Assembly: GCF_009914755.1 (NCBI RefSeq)
Contig: NC_060926.1
Origin: the human T2T-CHM13v2.0 reference genome, Homo sapiens
Strand: one strand, 5' to 3'
DNA length: 64,000 nucleotides
Shown: positions 39,291 through 52,382 of the stretch, piece after piece
How the letters are laid out: the number at the start of each line of letters is the position of its first letter
Numbering within the stretch: the first letter of the stretch is position 1
Translations under genes and position numbers: made by a program
Notes under the pieces: generated by a model
What the model was told of the DNA's origin: nothing
The model's database searches: none
What the model saw: only the letters and a program-made list of their open reading frames with translations

Positions 39291-39650
39291 CAATCATGTG
39301 CTGTATAACTACGTTTGGGTCAGTAACAGGCTGCATATATCATGATGGTCCCGTAGGATTATAATGCCTGTGTATTTTTTTTACTGTAACTTTTCTATGT
39401 ATAAATATGTTTAAATACACAAATACCATTATGTTACCATTATGTTACAATTGCCTACAGTACTCAGTACAATAATATGCTGTACAGATTTGTAGCCTAG
39501 GTGTAATAGGCTGTACCATATAGCCTAGGTGTATAGTAATCTACACTATCTAGGTTTGTGTAAGTACACTCTACGATGTTTTCACAACAATGAAATCACC
39601 TACCCATCCATTTCTCAGATATATCCCTGCTGTTAAGTGACACATGACTG
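39291..39650 (+). mobile_element. Tigger3a (MER7A) non-autonomous Tc1/mariner element
   Basis: TA|CAATCATGTG..CACATGACTG|TA inverted termini; internal TTGTAGCCTAGG..TACCATATAGCCTAGGTG. Confidence 0.88.
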
Positions 39651-41601
39651 TATATGTACATTCCAGTCCTATGTCAATATCTTTAGGGAGAAGACATTGC
39701 AATCATGAAACAACGTCAGGACGGTTTATTAAAAAGAAATAGTCATAGAGAAAAAAGAGCTCTTAGAAATTAAAAATATGAGAATCAAACTAAAAAACTC
39801 TACAGAGGGATTGAAAGGTAAAATTGAAGAAATCTTTCAGCAAATAGAGCAAAAAGATAAGGAGATGGAAAATAGAAGGAAAAAAGAAAAAATAGTTTAA
39901 GAAGTCAAATATGCAAACAATAGGTGACACAGATAAAGGGAATAGATAAAATCAGGGAAGAAAATCAACACATAAATTATTTAAGAAAACTTTCCAGAAT
40001 TGAAAGACATGAGTTACCACACTGAAAGAACCACAGAGTGCCCAACCCAATGAATAAAAACATACCAATATCACTGTAAATTATTATGAAACTTTAGAAT
40101 GCTGGGGACAAAGATAAGATACAACAGGGTTTCAGAGAGAAAATACACTTACAAAGAAACAGGAGTTAGAATTTTATCATACTTTGCAGTTGCAATGTTG
40201 GAAGTTAGAACTACGGAGCAATACCTTCAAAATTCTGAGCAAAAACAATCTACAACCTGAAATTCTATACTCAGACAAACCATCAGTAAAATGGGATAGA
40301 ATAAGAACATTCTCAGACATGCATGATTTCAAAAAATGTACTTTCTATCCATCCTTTCTTAAGAAGTTTCTGTAAGGTGTGCTCCATCATAACAGGGGAT
40401 TAAGCCAAAAAGAAAAGGACATGGGGTACAGGAAAGAGAAGATCCAACACAGTATAAAGGCCAAAGATATGCCCAGGATGATATGGAAGGGTGAGCCAGG
40501 ACAGCAGTTATAATACCAGACCATATAGGAACAGGCCAGAAGGCTCCAGGAGATTCTCTGAGATGAAATTGACTGACCATCAATACGTTTGAACATACGG
40601 GCAGGAGATTGGGACAACTGGTGAAGAGTTTGAAGTTACTTTAATGTAAGTATATAGAAAACCAAGCAAGCAAAAAGACCAAAAATAATTATTAACTCTA
40701 GGGAAAATAAAAGGTTGTTCAGGAAAGGAAAAATGTTTACAACATGGTTCAGCTGTGGAAACCACTAACATAGTTATAAAAATGTAACCTCTGAATAGTG
40801 ATTCAACCAAAATTATAATATAACTGCAATGGAAGGATGGGGAAACTGAAAAAGTGTGTGGTGGTTGGTGGGGAGGAGGAATGAAAGAGAACTAAATTCT
40901 CTGTCTTCCATCATGGTAGGAAATCAATAAATAATGCCTAAAAATGAAAACCCCAAAAGTAGCAATACAAGCATGTATGGATGGTCAGTCATTTCAGCTG
41001 AAAATCATTGCTTCTGGGAAAGGGAAAGTGAAGGTGGGGAAGCTGATAATTTTTGTAACAAACCTGGTGAAATAGTTTAATTTAATAAAATACACATGAG
41101 TAACTTTGACATAAACATTTAAAAAATTTTAAATAGTGTAGATGATCCTCCCTGCCATTCCACTTATAAGGCTGTTTATGCCCAAGGGTAAGAGTGAGAC
41201 CAGGGAAACAGCTCTGCTTACCACCCAACCCCCACCTTCATTGCTTCAGCTCCTGCAAGTCTCTCATGTCAGGATTGTCAAAGGTGATGTTGACAACACC
41301 TGATTTTGCCCTACATGCTGACTTTAGAACCTAATGCCTGATTAAGAGATGCCTACTCTATATGAGAGGGGCTTCCTGCCTTCAAAGAGAGGTTATTCTA
41401 TAACAACCTCTCTAGTTCCTTCCAACTCCTAGACAGGGCATAAAAATATGCAAAACCAACTGGAGTTATACAGACTCCTGCCCAAGGGCCTATGGGGTTG
41501 ATGAATGACTGGTGTGGCTGGAGCCAAGGAGAGGTCACGGAAGGCACTATGGAGGAAGCTGTCAGCTCTGTCAACATATTCTGCTTCTTAAAACTGTGCA
41601 C

Positions 41602-41769
41602 CAGAGTGGGAGGAGGGAAAGGATCAGGAAAAATAACTAATAGGTACTAGGCTTAATATCTGAGTGATGAAATAATCTGTACAACAAACCCCCATGACAG
41701 AAGTTTACCTGTATAACAAACCTGCACATGTACCCCTGGACTTAAAAGTTAAAAAAAGAAAAAGAAAAG
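41602..41769 (+). mobile_element. Severely 5'-truncated L1PA15-17/L1PB 3' end
   Basis: GGATCAGGAAAAATAACTAATAGGTACTAGGCTTAATA..AACAAACCTGCACATGTACCCC plus A tail; degenerate TSD AAAACTG(TG)CACCAG. Confidence 0.85.
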
Positions 41770-41927
41770 CTAGTATTAGAAAAAACTGCACCAGCCATCC
41801 TATTGTTGTATTAACTTAAAGCATGTCTGAATTGAGGTTTTTTAAAATTTTCCTTGTTTTCCATGTAGTTGAGCACACAAAGTCACAGCTGAAGAAATTA
41901 TGTTTTCAGCATCCAGTACTGAGGCAT

Positions 41928-42336
41928 TGTATTAGGCTGTTCTTGTGTTGCTATAAAGAAATATTTGAGGCTGGGTAACTTATAAAGAAAAAAGGTTTAA
42001 TTGGCTCACAGTTCTGCAGGCTGTACAAGCACAGCTCCAGCATCCTCCATCTATGGCCTCAGGAAGCTTACAATCATGGTGGAAGGGAAGGGAAGCCAGC
42101 ATGTCACATGGTGAGAGTGGGAGCAAGAGAGGGGAGGTGCCACACTCTTCTAAACCACCAGATCTTGTGTAAACTACCAGAGTGAGAACTCACTCATAAC
42201 CAAGGGCAGAGCTTCTAAGCCATTCTTGAGAGATCCGCCCCCATGATCCAAACACCTCCCACCAGGCTCCACCTCCAACATTGAAAATCACATTTCAACC
42301 TGAGATTTGAAGGGGACAAACATCCAAACCATATCA
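41928..42336 (-). mobile_element. MST (MSTA/B) MaLR solo LTR
   Basis: TGTATTAGG..CAAACCATATCA; perfect 5-bp TSD GGCAT at 41923-41927 and 42337-42341. Confidence 0.92.
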
Positions 42337-43089
42337 GGCATTATATAATAAAAGAAGTCTGTGTCTGCTGTCCAGCTGAAATGCCTCATAATAAGGAGAG
42401 GGGTTCCAACAGTCATCAAAGATGCCAAATTGCAAGCAGCAAGTGGATAAGTAATAGGACTCAGGCTTTTTGATTTCCTTGGCTATATCTTTAATTCGAC
42501 TTCCACCTGTCTCACTGTTGGCTACCAGTGGGACTACCAGAAATCACAGGAGTGCAGCATCTGTGGCAAGGCAGAAGCAAACAAGAGATGAAGGGGATGT
42601 AAGTCTTGAAGCAGTAGTTGGTTCTTTGGCAAAACAAGTATCTTGTGATAACTTCATTCCAAGCATTAACATATCTTGTGCCAAAAAATGTAAAATGCCA
42701 AAGTGAAAGAAAAGCACTAGACTTCTTAAGGGTCTCATCCAAGAACCCTCTTAAACCTCATTCAAATGCAGTTGTTTCCCTTATCAACTCCAAATGTGTT
42801 CAGTGTTCCTCCCTACCCATGGAGGAGTGCTCAGGTTTCTTTCAGGCTGTGATCCAAGCTTGCAAAGAGCCAGTGTCGGGCATGCTGACTTAGAATACCC
42901 CATTCTCTGGTCTAGCCACCCCCATGAGATGGCATTTTTGCATGAACAACATGAGGATCCAATGGCTTTCTTCGGGGGGCATTTCAACAAGGCTACAGTT
43001 GTGGTAGGAGACACTGTGCATTCAAGTTAATGAAATCTCTCCATCATGCCTTAAGGAAGATAATATATCTGCCCGAGGCATTGTGTAGG

Positions 43090-43500
43090 TGTGTTAGTAC
43101 AGATTCTCTGGGAAACAGACTCAGGGGGTGGAGATAGGAGTGTAAGAGATTTATTGGGAAGTGAAGTCTGTGAAAGATAAAAGGGGAGAGAGTAGCATGG
43201 GGCATAGAAAGTCTTCAGACTGTGATGAATGTCTGATATCTGAAATGCAAGGGAAGAGGAAACAAAATGGGGCCAGGAAAACCTCAGCTCAACCCAATGG
43301 AAACCCTAGAACACAGATGGTCACTAGAAGAGTTCCACATTGGGCAGAAATGGACACACCCTAGTGCCCCCACCAAGCTCAGTCATTGCCTGGGAGCTGC
43401 AGCAGAGCGTGGAATCAGTTCCAATGCCCAGGATGCAATCTGAAGGCACTGCCGATGGAGGCTGTTCACTAACTGCACTTTGTACAGCTGAGCATCAGAT
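43090..43500 (-). mobile_element. LTR16-like ERVL LTR
   Basis: GATTCTCTGGGAAACAGACTC..GATTTATTGGGAAGTG..GCTCAGTCATTGCCTGGGAGCTGC. Confidence 0.6.
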
Positions 43501-43502
43501 TC

Positions 43503-43580
43503 TTTTTTTTTTTTTAATATAGAAATGGGGTCTCAGTATGTTGCCCAGGGTGGTCTCAAACTCCTGGGCTCAAGCGATCA
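43503..43580 (-). mobile_element. Truncated Alu monomer (FLAM/AluJ left-arm-like)
   Basis: Poly(T) then AGAAATGGGGTCTCAGTATGTTGCCCAGGGTGGTCTCAAACTCCTGGGCTCAAGCGATC. Confidence 0.8.
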
Positions 43581-45469
43581 TCAGCAACTGTTATATAATG
43601 TTCTATTATGTCTCAGGCTCTAAGCTTGATCTATATCCACAAAGAGTTCACAGTTTAAAAATCAAGTAATTAAAACAATACATGATAAGAACTAACAGAA
43701 ATGCATGTGAATTATTGCAGAAGCTCAGGGGAAGGAAGGAGAAAAATATGAAATGATTTAAGCATTTGTTTTACCCTTGAGAAAGGACCCTGTCAATCTA
43801 CTGCATATAACACCAACTCTAGTATGTGTGTTGCTCAACTGAGCTTCCAAAGTGGTTTGGTATAGTTAGGCAGCTGATTATTAGTAACTTTCTCTGGAGC
43901 AGAAAGTTGAAAAGGAGGTCAAGGTCTCAGTTTCTAAGTTTAGACCACACTGGGATTCAAACCAGTCCATTTTTAGAAAATGAAGCACTTACCCCACCTC
44001 AATCAAACTGGACTTCAACTCCAAGTGGAGAATGTCAGGCAGATTTCAGCTATGGAAATGGAAAGGTTATGAGCTCCTAGATAATTTTGCTACTCAAAAA
44101 GCTAGGAGATGGCTTTTTCCCATTGGGATTTCTTTTGGTAGCATAGACTTGATGCCCAGGAGTGTAAATGATGATCAAAGACTTCAGGTGTTCAACCAAC
44201 CCCTGATGTGCATGGCTCTAGGGTAAGGATCTATGGCAGATATTGGGGAACGGAGTAGGGTGCAAAACACGGCCCCTACCATGTTAAGGAGCAGATAGTA
44301 GTAGGTTTTGAAAATTCTGCTAGCTCCCATGGAGCTCTCCTTGGTTCTATGACTGTCTTCAGTCTTTTCTGATATCTCTGATCATGACAACCTCAGACTG
44401 TTTGAGTCTGCATCTTGCCTGGGCCTTGACTATTACCCTGAGCCCTACTGCCTCCAGACTACCTAACTGTTCAGAGTTTCTAGCTTGTTACTGCTATGAC
44501 CCTCATTGGCTTAAGACTGTATTGCCTTAAGACTACCTGAAGTCATTATGCCCACGTGACCTAAGGGGTGGAAGTCCCATTATCCTCACAGGTGTAGAAT
44601 GGGATCAGATCAAGTCCTCATACCATCCATATTAATGTGTAATTATCTACAGTGGCTCAGAAATCAGTGGCATTCTCTGAACACCTGTCATGCATGTCTT
44701 GAGATGTTTTTATAATTACAGGGAAAGTAGGTCCATCCTATGTAAATTAATAGAAAACCAACTTCCAAGTGCACAATGACTTACAGTCTTAATGCAGAAA
44801 AAAATACTGCATCTTAATGCAGAACAAAATATTCAAAAATGTATTATAGTTCATTGTCAAAGCTTACCCTTTGTTTCCCTGTTCTGAGAGGGGTAATAGG
44901 AATTCTGTTATGTTTTCTTTATTCTTTTCCTTTTCAGCCCATGGTTTTTATATTTTAGCTACAAATCATCCCATTGGTAAAAGAGGCTCTATTATGAACC
45001 ACATGCTTCGTCAAAAGTAAACCTCACATTCTTTTCTAATTGTTGCACCCTGACAGGGCGGGGAAGATAGTTTTGTTTTCATAGTGAAGTCACAGATATA
45101 AATCTCCCAGGGATTAAGGCCCTTGCAGCAATCCAGCATGCTCACATCATCATGAGGGGTGCTTCAGGTTCATTTCTTTCTGGGAAGGAGAGACAGAGAG
45201 AGAGAGAAAGATGGGGTGTGGAGAGATTTCTTTTAGAAGAGTCAAATTCTGGAGGAGAGCAGAACATTTGTCAGCCCCCAGCTCAATGTTGACCACTCCA
45301 CTGGGGGCCAAAAGTTACAGGTCTTAACCTAACCTTGCATCTAAACTAGGCAAACTTCTTCGATTTTTTTTTCTTTTGTTCTCCTTAGAATCTAATCATG
45401 GTATTTCCTCCTTCTCCCTCTCCCTGTCTCCTGTGCTTAATTTGTTTGGTTGTTTGTTTTAACCTGCAG

Positions 45470-45680
45470 TCTACAGTGATAGGGAAGAAAGAGCGCTGAC
45501 CTTGGAGTTAGAAAGAGTCAGGTTCAAATCCTTTTTCCTCTGCTTTCTAGCTCTGTACTCTTTGGTGCTTGTGCTGAGCCTGTTTCAACAGCTGTTGCAG
45601 AGGAATCGTAATTTTACAAGATTATTGGGGGAACCAAATGACATAACATAAATAGGTGTCTGGCACAGAGGCCCTGAATA
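45470..45680 (+). mobile_element. MIR
   Basis: AAAGAGCGCTGACCTTGGAGTTAGAAAGA..GGTTCAAATCC..TGTCTGGCACAGAG. Confidence 0.6.
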
Positions 45681-46509
45681 AAATCCACCAGTTTCCGCTG
45701 CCCTGACTAAATGGTCTCCTGAAACAGGACTCACAACCAGCAGTCCACTCCAAGAGCTCACCTCCCCAGAGCGAGGATAGTTGATTTGGAAACAGAAGTC
45801 AGCTGCCATGATCAGCTATGAAGGTCCAAGCTTAAGATGAAAACTCCTCAGCTTGATTGCAAAAATCAGCCACCATGTACCTCTCAACTGAATCCAAGCT
45901 GAAGGCTTCTGCAGAAGTGAAAGAATCCATTTGTTCTTCCCTTGCTCCTCTCCCTGTATTTGCAGGGCCTGACATTGTCCCAGGGAAATTAAATTAGGAA
46001 AATCAGTTTACATGAGTGATTACTTTTCTCAAAATATTTTCCTTTAGCCTACTGAACCACCATACTCTCTCTATCCCTATTCCTCCCTCCCTCTACACTT
46101 CAGCCTCTTCACTTCCTGCCAAAATCATTGTTGCTAAAAACAATCACGTTTAAAATGGCCTAAAGGATTCTTAAATGAGATGAACTGCTTGCATCATTCA
46201 AACGAAGACTAGAAATCCCAAGAACACCCTTTGCGGTGATGAATCATGTGGAAACTCCTCAGCCTGTGGTTCCAGGGCTCCCTCATTTGGCCCTCACTCA
46301 GTTTCCATCTTCAGATTTAGCTGGGTTCTGGAGTGAACCTTGTCCCAAGGAGGTTGGCCTCCCCAGCTCTCCCTCCTTGCCCTTACTCCTCCCTCTCAGG
46401 CCCAGTTTGAATTTCTCCTCTTTGACTTTCCACATAAAATTCCCACCCATCCCTCCAGGCCCATCACAAGCTCTCTCCACCGCCCCACCTTCCGGCGGCA
46501 CATACACGC

Positions 46510-46722
46510 TTCAGATTCAGAGGGGTTTAGGTTCAAACCCCCTCTCTGCTACTTATTAGTTAATGAAACTTTGAGCAACTCACTCACACTTTCCTTGTCT
46601 CAGATTTCACATCTGCAAAGTGGGGATAACAACACCTCACCGTGTTGTTGGAAAGATTAAATGAGAGACTGTAGAGCACAGAGGCTGTAAGTAGTAATCA
46701 ATAAATAAGGGCCATTATTATT
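46510..46722 (+). mobile_element. MIR
   Basis: GGTTCAAACCCCCTCTCTGCTACTTATTAG..ATCTGCAAAGTGGGGATAAC..GATTAAATGAG. Confidence 0.75.
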
Positions 46723-48319
46723 ATCCTCTCAAAATATCTGCCACACCTCTAACTTATTTGTCAGCTAATGGCAGTGCTCCACCACTTGGCCATAATAATA
46801 TTTTGTTCATGACCAACTGTGGAGATTTTGTGAAAACTTTTATCTTGGAAGAATTTCTCATTGAGGAATATGTAAACCTTATGAGAAAAATTGGATTAGG
46901 AAAGCTGAGGTCACGCATAAATCTATAAAATTCATGGCAAATAAGATTATATTCATTAAAGTCAGTAAAGGCAGAATATTAAACAATGAGACTATAGTAA
47001 TATTTTATGCATATCGAGTTAGTGATGATTGATTTCCATTCACCGTTTCCTGCTTACCAGAAACTTTTCTGGGACTCTTTGGCTATGCAGTGTTAAAATG
47101 ATGCCTATATATTCAGTTTGTTCTGTAACAGATAATGCCGACTTGAAGAGGCACCCTGTCTGTGCCTGTTTCTCCACCCAAACATTTCATGCATTTTTGA
47201 CTTGATGGTTTGGAGCTATTGATTCCAGGTATGCCTTCCAATTATTCTTCCCCCAGTCTGTTTTACACCATCTCAGCACCCTTGAAGAAACTGACCCATG
47301 CCTGCCTACTGACCATGGGGGACCAGAATTATCCTTCCTCCCTTCCATCTTTCTTTTCCCTGCTTCCTCAAACAAAGAGCACCCAGTGTTTGGAGGAAGA
47401 GTGAAGCCAGTTTTCACTGAAGGGCTTCTGTCTTGTTCTCAAAGCTTACCCAACCAAAGAGAGGAAATCAAGCATTGTGGGCCCACTCTAGTTCCTCTTT
47501 CCTTTACAATGCACAAAAGGTGAGACCTCACTGCCCAGGCCCTTTAGGGTGTTCCTTGAGGACATGCCCTTTCTTCTTCACCCACCCTTCTTTCTCTTCC
47601 CCTCCTTCCACCCTCTGCCTTTTTCCCCATGTCCCCCTTTGCCATTTTAATGCCTCTACTTTCCCCATTTTTTTCCAGGGAACATTTTCCTTCCTATAAA
47701 AATAATTTGACTCCAGGCCCTAAGATTCTTCTAGTGATTGGGCAGTTTTGGCTGTGTCAGGCATTCTCAGGATGCCTCTGGCTTTCCTCCCCACTGACTG
47801 CAGACTCCTGGGAGGAGAGGGAGAAGAGGGGTCTAGGCTTCTCAACGGGGAAAAGGTATGGGAACTTCTTCTCTTAACTGAGATTTCTTCTCCCAAATTC
47901 CTGAAATTAAACACACCTCACCTTAGGGATTTGTTTATCTTCAAAGACTCCCAGTTGGGTTCAATTTTTTATACTTCTAGTAACATAACATAGCTGTTTC
48001 TCATGAGAACCTATGGCCTTGACATTGTGCCATTACAAAGGTTTCTTTTAAAAGGTGAACATACAAGGTGCCATGCTTAGATTGCTTCTCCCTAAACAGT
48101 AGGTTTTTACAAATATTTTTTCTATATCCTCTATTTTTTTCTATAACTACAGAGGTACAGAAAGGTGGCAAGGGGGAAAAAAGCCTCAGTTTACCCTGCT
48201 ATGCTTACAACCCTAACAAACCTAACTACTACATTCCCTATTAGAAGCTAAATCTTGGAACTGCTCAAAAGAAACATGGAAATGAAAGTGAATTCATATA
48301 GGCCAAGATATCTCATTAG

Positions 48320-48677
<358 letters not shown>

Positions 48678-48777
48678 TCTAATTTTATTTATCTAACAAA
48701 GGATACTTTACTGTATTAGGATACTTGGCTATTGAATATAATGCTGTCCTATTCCATATATATTTCCCAAATATCTA

Positions 48778-48780
<3 letters not shown>

Positions 48781-48830
<50 letters not shown>
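48781..48830. repeat. (GT)25 microsatellite
   Basis: Perfect GT run of 50 bp. Confidence 0.98.
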
Positions 48831-48832
<2 letters not shown>

Positions 48833-48984
48833 CTCCATATAAAATTGTTCTATATATATTTTCCTTCTACTCCTAGATGGCAAAGTTCTTATGGGCAGGG
48901 ACCAGATCTTACATTTCTTTTGTACCTCCATGGGCCACTTCCCTTCAAAAAAGTATTTTTTGAGAGCGGATTCTGCACCAGTGG

Positions 48985-49510
48985 ATTGGAGAGGTGTCTC
49001 TGAGCTCTGTTATCCTGACCATAGCTGCTTGAACCAGGGGTCAGCACCCAACCCCCAAACAGCCATCTATAGGTTGGCCAGCATCAAAGAAAAGTTGGCT
49101 TCATGAGACAGCTTTGCCCCCACCTGGGTGGTGATAGATCAAAAGATCAGCTTGTTTCTTAAAGAGAGTTTAAACAATAGATACAGGATCTTGTCATTAA
49201 GTGTTTTCTGATATAAAAATACTCCCTTGGGTAATTGGTGGCAGCAGGGGAGAGAGAAATTGACTCACAAAAACAGACATGTCTGAGGGAATAGCCACTG
49301 ATGTTGCTGAGTTACTGACCTTTCTGCCCAATGACCAAAACTAACACTGTTTGCTAAAGGATGTTCCAGTGGCCACAAGGCTTAGCAGGGCAGCTTCTGG
49401 GACAGTTTTGCCAATTCCTGTCTTTCTCATGTGTCATTATATTGAACATACTTTATTGGAGTTGATTGGGATGTTTCTGTTTCTTGTATTCCGAAGGAAC
49501 TAACTGACAG
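48985..49510 (+). mobile_element. Probable ancient MLT1/ERVL-type LTR
   Basis: Ends GTTTCTGTTTCTTG..AAGGAACTAACTGACA, typical of old MaLR LTR termini; highly diverged. Confidence 0.4.
49190..49230 (+). repeat. Copy 1 of a 41-bp dispersed direct duplication
   Basis: CTTGTCATTAAGTGTTTTCTGATATAAAAATACTCCCTTGG; 40/41 identical to 50793-50833. Confidence 0.92.
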
Positions 49511-49595
49511 GGTGCCCAGTGCTAGGAGATATAGAAGAGCTTGTGGTCTCTATTCAAAGAGACGGATTTGTGAGTGGAAATGTCATTAAGTGGAA

Positions 49596-50085
49596 TGTTT
49601 TAATTTTCTGTGGCTGCTGTAGTAAATTACCACAAACTTGGTGACTAAACCAGTGCAAATTTATTCTCTTACAGTTTTGGAGGTCAGAAATCTCAGAGCA
49701 GTTTCACTGGGCTAAAGTCAAAGTGTTAGCAGGGCTGATTTACTCTGGAGGTTCTAGAGGAGAATCCATTTCCTTGCCTTTTCTAGCTTCTGAAGTTTGC
49801 CTGCCTTCCTTGGCCTGTGACCTTTTCCCTGCATCACTCCAACCTTCTGTTTCCATCATCACATCTTCTACTTCCGTGTGACATGGGCTTCTCCTGTGTT
49901 CCTCTTATAAGGACCACTATGATGACATTGGGCCCACTAGGATAATCCAGAAGAATCTTCCCAGGTCAATCAATATCCTTAACTTGGTTGCATCTACACA
50001 GCCCCCTTTGCCACATCAGGTAACATTGACAGGTTCTGGGGATAAGAACATGGACATCTTGGTGGATATTATTCAGCTTATTTCA
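49596..50085 (-). mobile_element. MLT1D-like LTR
   Basis: GGCTGCTGTAGTAAATTACCACAAACTTGGTG..CAGTTTCACTGGGCTAAAGTCAA..TATTCAGC. Confidence 0.85.
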
Positions 50086-50792
50086 GGGAGCACATCCTGT
50101 GAATGATATAAACAGAGGTCTGTGGAGTCTCCACGAGGGGCAACTGGACCAGGGGAGAGAAGGTCAAACACATAAAAAGGTTCTCAATGAAGCCTCTCTT
50201 AATCATAAAAAAGTTTTCCTCTCCCCCTACTCTCTAATCTGTCTATCATCTTAGGATTCCAAGAGAGATATGAGTGTAAAGATCTGCCAAATACATCACT
50301 CAGTGTTCCCCATCCCATCCTGATCAAAGTTAATGAACTTGCCCCTTTCTCAAAATAGAACTTGGGAAATTGTCCCACTAGTCCACTTCCCCCAAACAAG
50401 GGAGTGCAATGATGTAGAACTGGAGTCATAGATGGGAGTAAGATTGCTTTGCTCAGAGATGACAGGAGTTGAGATGGGCAGAGACACAAGGTGGTGTTTC
50501 TTCGACAAACTCCCAGGTGTGCGGGTTCCTGACTGTGAGTGAAGGACTGTGATTTGAATAAGGGCTGGGGTGTGTATCTGAAGAAAATGGTGAGGCATTT
50601 ATCACTTAGATTTGGGGGAGGAGATTAAAATACAATAACTAGATAGTCATTAAAAATTATTCCAGACACCCAAAAATTGATATGGGGGAGTTCTATTAGG
50701 AAAACAGGCTTCATTTACTGGAAAATGGGGAGGTTAATTAAGAAGTAAGAGTGTTTATAAGTAGGATGTTCAGAGGAAGTGCTGATGTTGTC

Positions 50793-50833
50793 CTTGTCAT
50801 TAAATGTTTTCTGATATAAAAATACTCCCTTGG
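50793..50833 (+). repeat. Copy 2 of the 41-bp dispersed direct duplication
   Basis: CTTGTCATTAAATGTTTTCTGATATAAAAATACTCCCTTGG. Confidence 0.92.
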
Positions 50834-52126
50834 TACTTACGAAGAAGGCTGATTTTCATTATTAGACATTCACTTATTCATTGTAAAATAAAAGCGTGTG
50901 TGTATGTGTGTGTGCATGCATATGTATTTCCAATCAAAAGTCAGGAGCGCGGACTATATTATATAGAACCCAGAGATTCAAAGGCCTGATTATGAATGGA
51001 TAGTTACACGGATAGATTAATGATGGATGGATGGAAGAAGTGTGGTTCATCTGTCATGACTGGTGCCTCTAGCTCTAAGATGTCTGACTTTGAATCCAGA
51101 GGAAGAAGTGGGATCACTGGGGTTAGGGGAGTATCCTTTAAAAGTTTTGCAAAAAACATTTGCAGTCACTTTTGGTTTATCTCTGCCGGTTGGATTTAGT
51201 TTTCCTGAAGCCCCTTGGGGCAGGGCCATCTATGACTTATGCTCCGGGCAGTGGAATGTGGCTTTTTCTTCCCTTTCACCCAGGAGCTCTCAAGCTGCCT
51301 CTTTGCTTCCTTCTCTACCTATCTCCATGGATTTTAAGCTTATCTGGATACTCATTGTGAATACTCATGAGGGCTAATTTCACTGCATTGCTCCACAAAA
51401 GAGTTCCTGGATTCCATATTCTGGAATAATTTAGCAGACTTCAGGATGAATCAAAAGAAGCCAGTCACAGAAAAATGTCCATCAACCTTTTAGTTTAATC
51501 ATCCCTTATGCCTTAAGGGTATGTTGTAACACAGCTGGCCTAGACAGCCTCTCTCCTGCTCCCCTGGCTCTACGGGTTTTCCTCTGGCCCAGCCCACCTG
51601 TCCAGGCTCACCTCTTGCCCCATTCCCACTTTGCAGCCTACATTGAAGCCAAATCAAACTATTCACAGCTGCCCTGGCGCTCTGGACTATGTCAAGTACC
51701 CTTGACTTTGCTCATGTAGCTGGAGGGTTCTTTCCTCTTCCTCCACATCTCCCCATGTTCCCTTCTCTTTCCCCATCAATCTTTAAAGACTCACAAATCC
51801 AAAATATTCTACTCTAAAAAAGCTTTCATTGACAGTTTTCCTCCACCTCCACCCATTACCAAGTACTTTCTCCTATACATACTTCTATTACAGCAATGAT
51901 AATACTGCAAATACATTCACAAGAAGGAAAAAAAAATCTCAAGCCAATTAGCAAGTGACTAGAGTCTGAGGGAAGTCCACAGTGGAGATGAGTAAGAGGC
52001 CTTGTAATGCAGAAGAGCCAAACAGGGATTAAGGGATAATGCTGTAAAAAAGCAAAATAAATAACCAGGGCAGGCTCTGTTGAATCTTACAGAGATGGCC
52101 TTCTAGGTTAAACATTTTTTGAAGTA

Positions 52127-52382
52127 CAGACATGCAATGCTTAACAAGGAGGATATGTTCTGAGAAATGCATTGTTAGATGATTTAATCATTGTGTAAAC
52201 ACCATAGAGGGTACTTGCATGTACTGAATGTACTGAATACTGTAGGCAGTTGTAATGCAATGATAAGCATTCATATATCTAAACATGGAAAAGTACAGTA
52301 AAAATACAGTATTTTTTACTGGGACAACCTTCCAATATGCAGTCTTTTGTTGACCAAAATGGTGTTATGTGGCTAATGAATG
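52127..52382 (-). mobile_element. Tigger3a with an internal deletion
   Basis: TA|CAGACATGC..CTTAAC..GTTCTGAGAAATGCATTGTTAG; reverse complement of the 39291 element, missing the central GCCTAGG segment. Confidence 0.8.

Larger units (their letters stand above)
37113..41130 (+). mobile_element. HAL1 (half-L1), apparently near full length, interrupted by an L1 ORF2 fragment and Tigger3a
   Basis: 5' end GAATTCTGGTTCAGATGATGG. ORF1p-like NTFKILSKNNLQPEILYSDKPSVK at ~40220-40290. It then runs into HAL1-type sequence (GGACATGGGGTACAGGAAAGAGAAGATCCAACACAG..CCCAGGATGAT) with no ORF2. Confidence 0.7.

Noticed and set aside
42420-43030. Cluster of overlapping short ORFs, possible processed pseudogene
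   Set aside because: No recognisable protein similarity, poly(A) tail or TSD.
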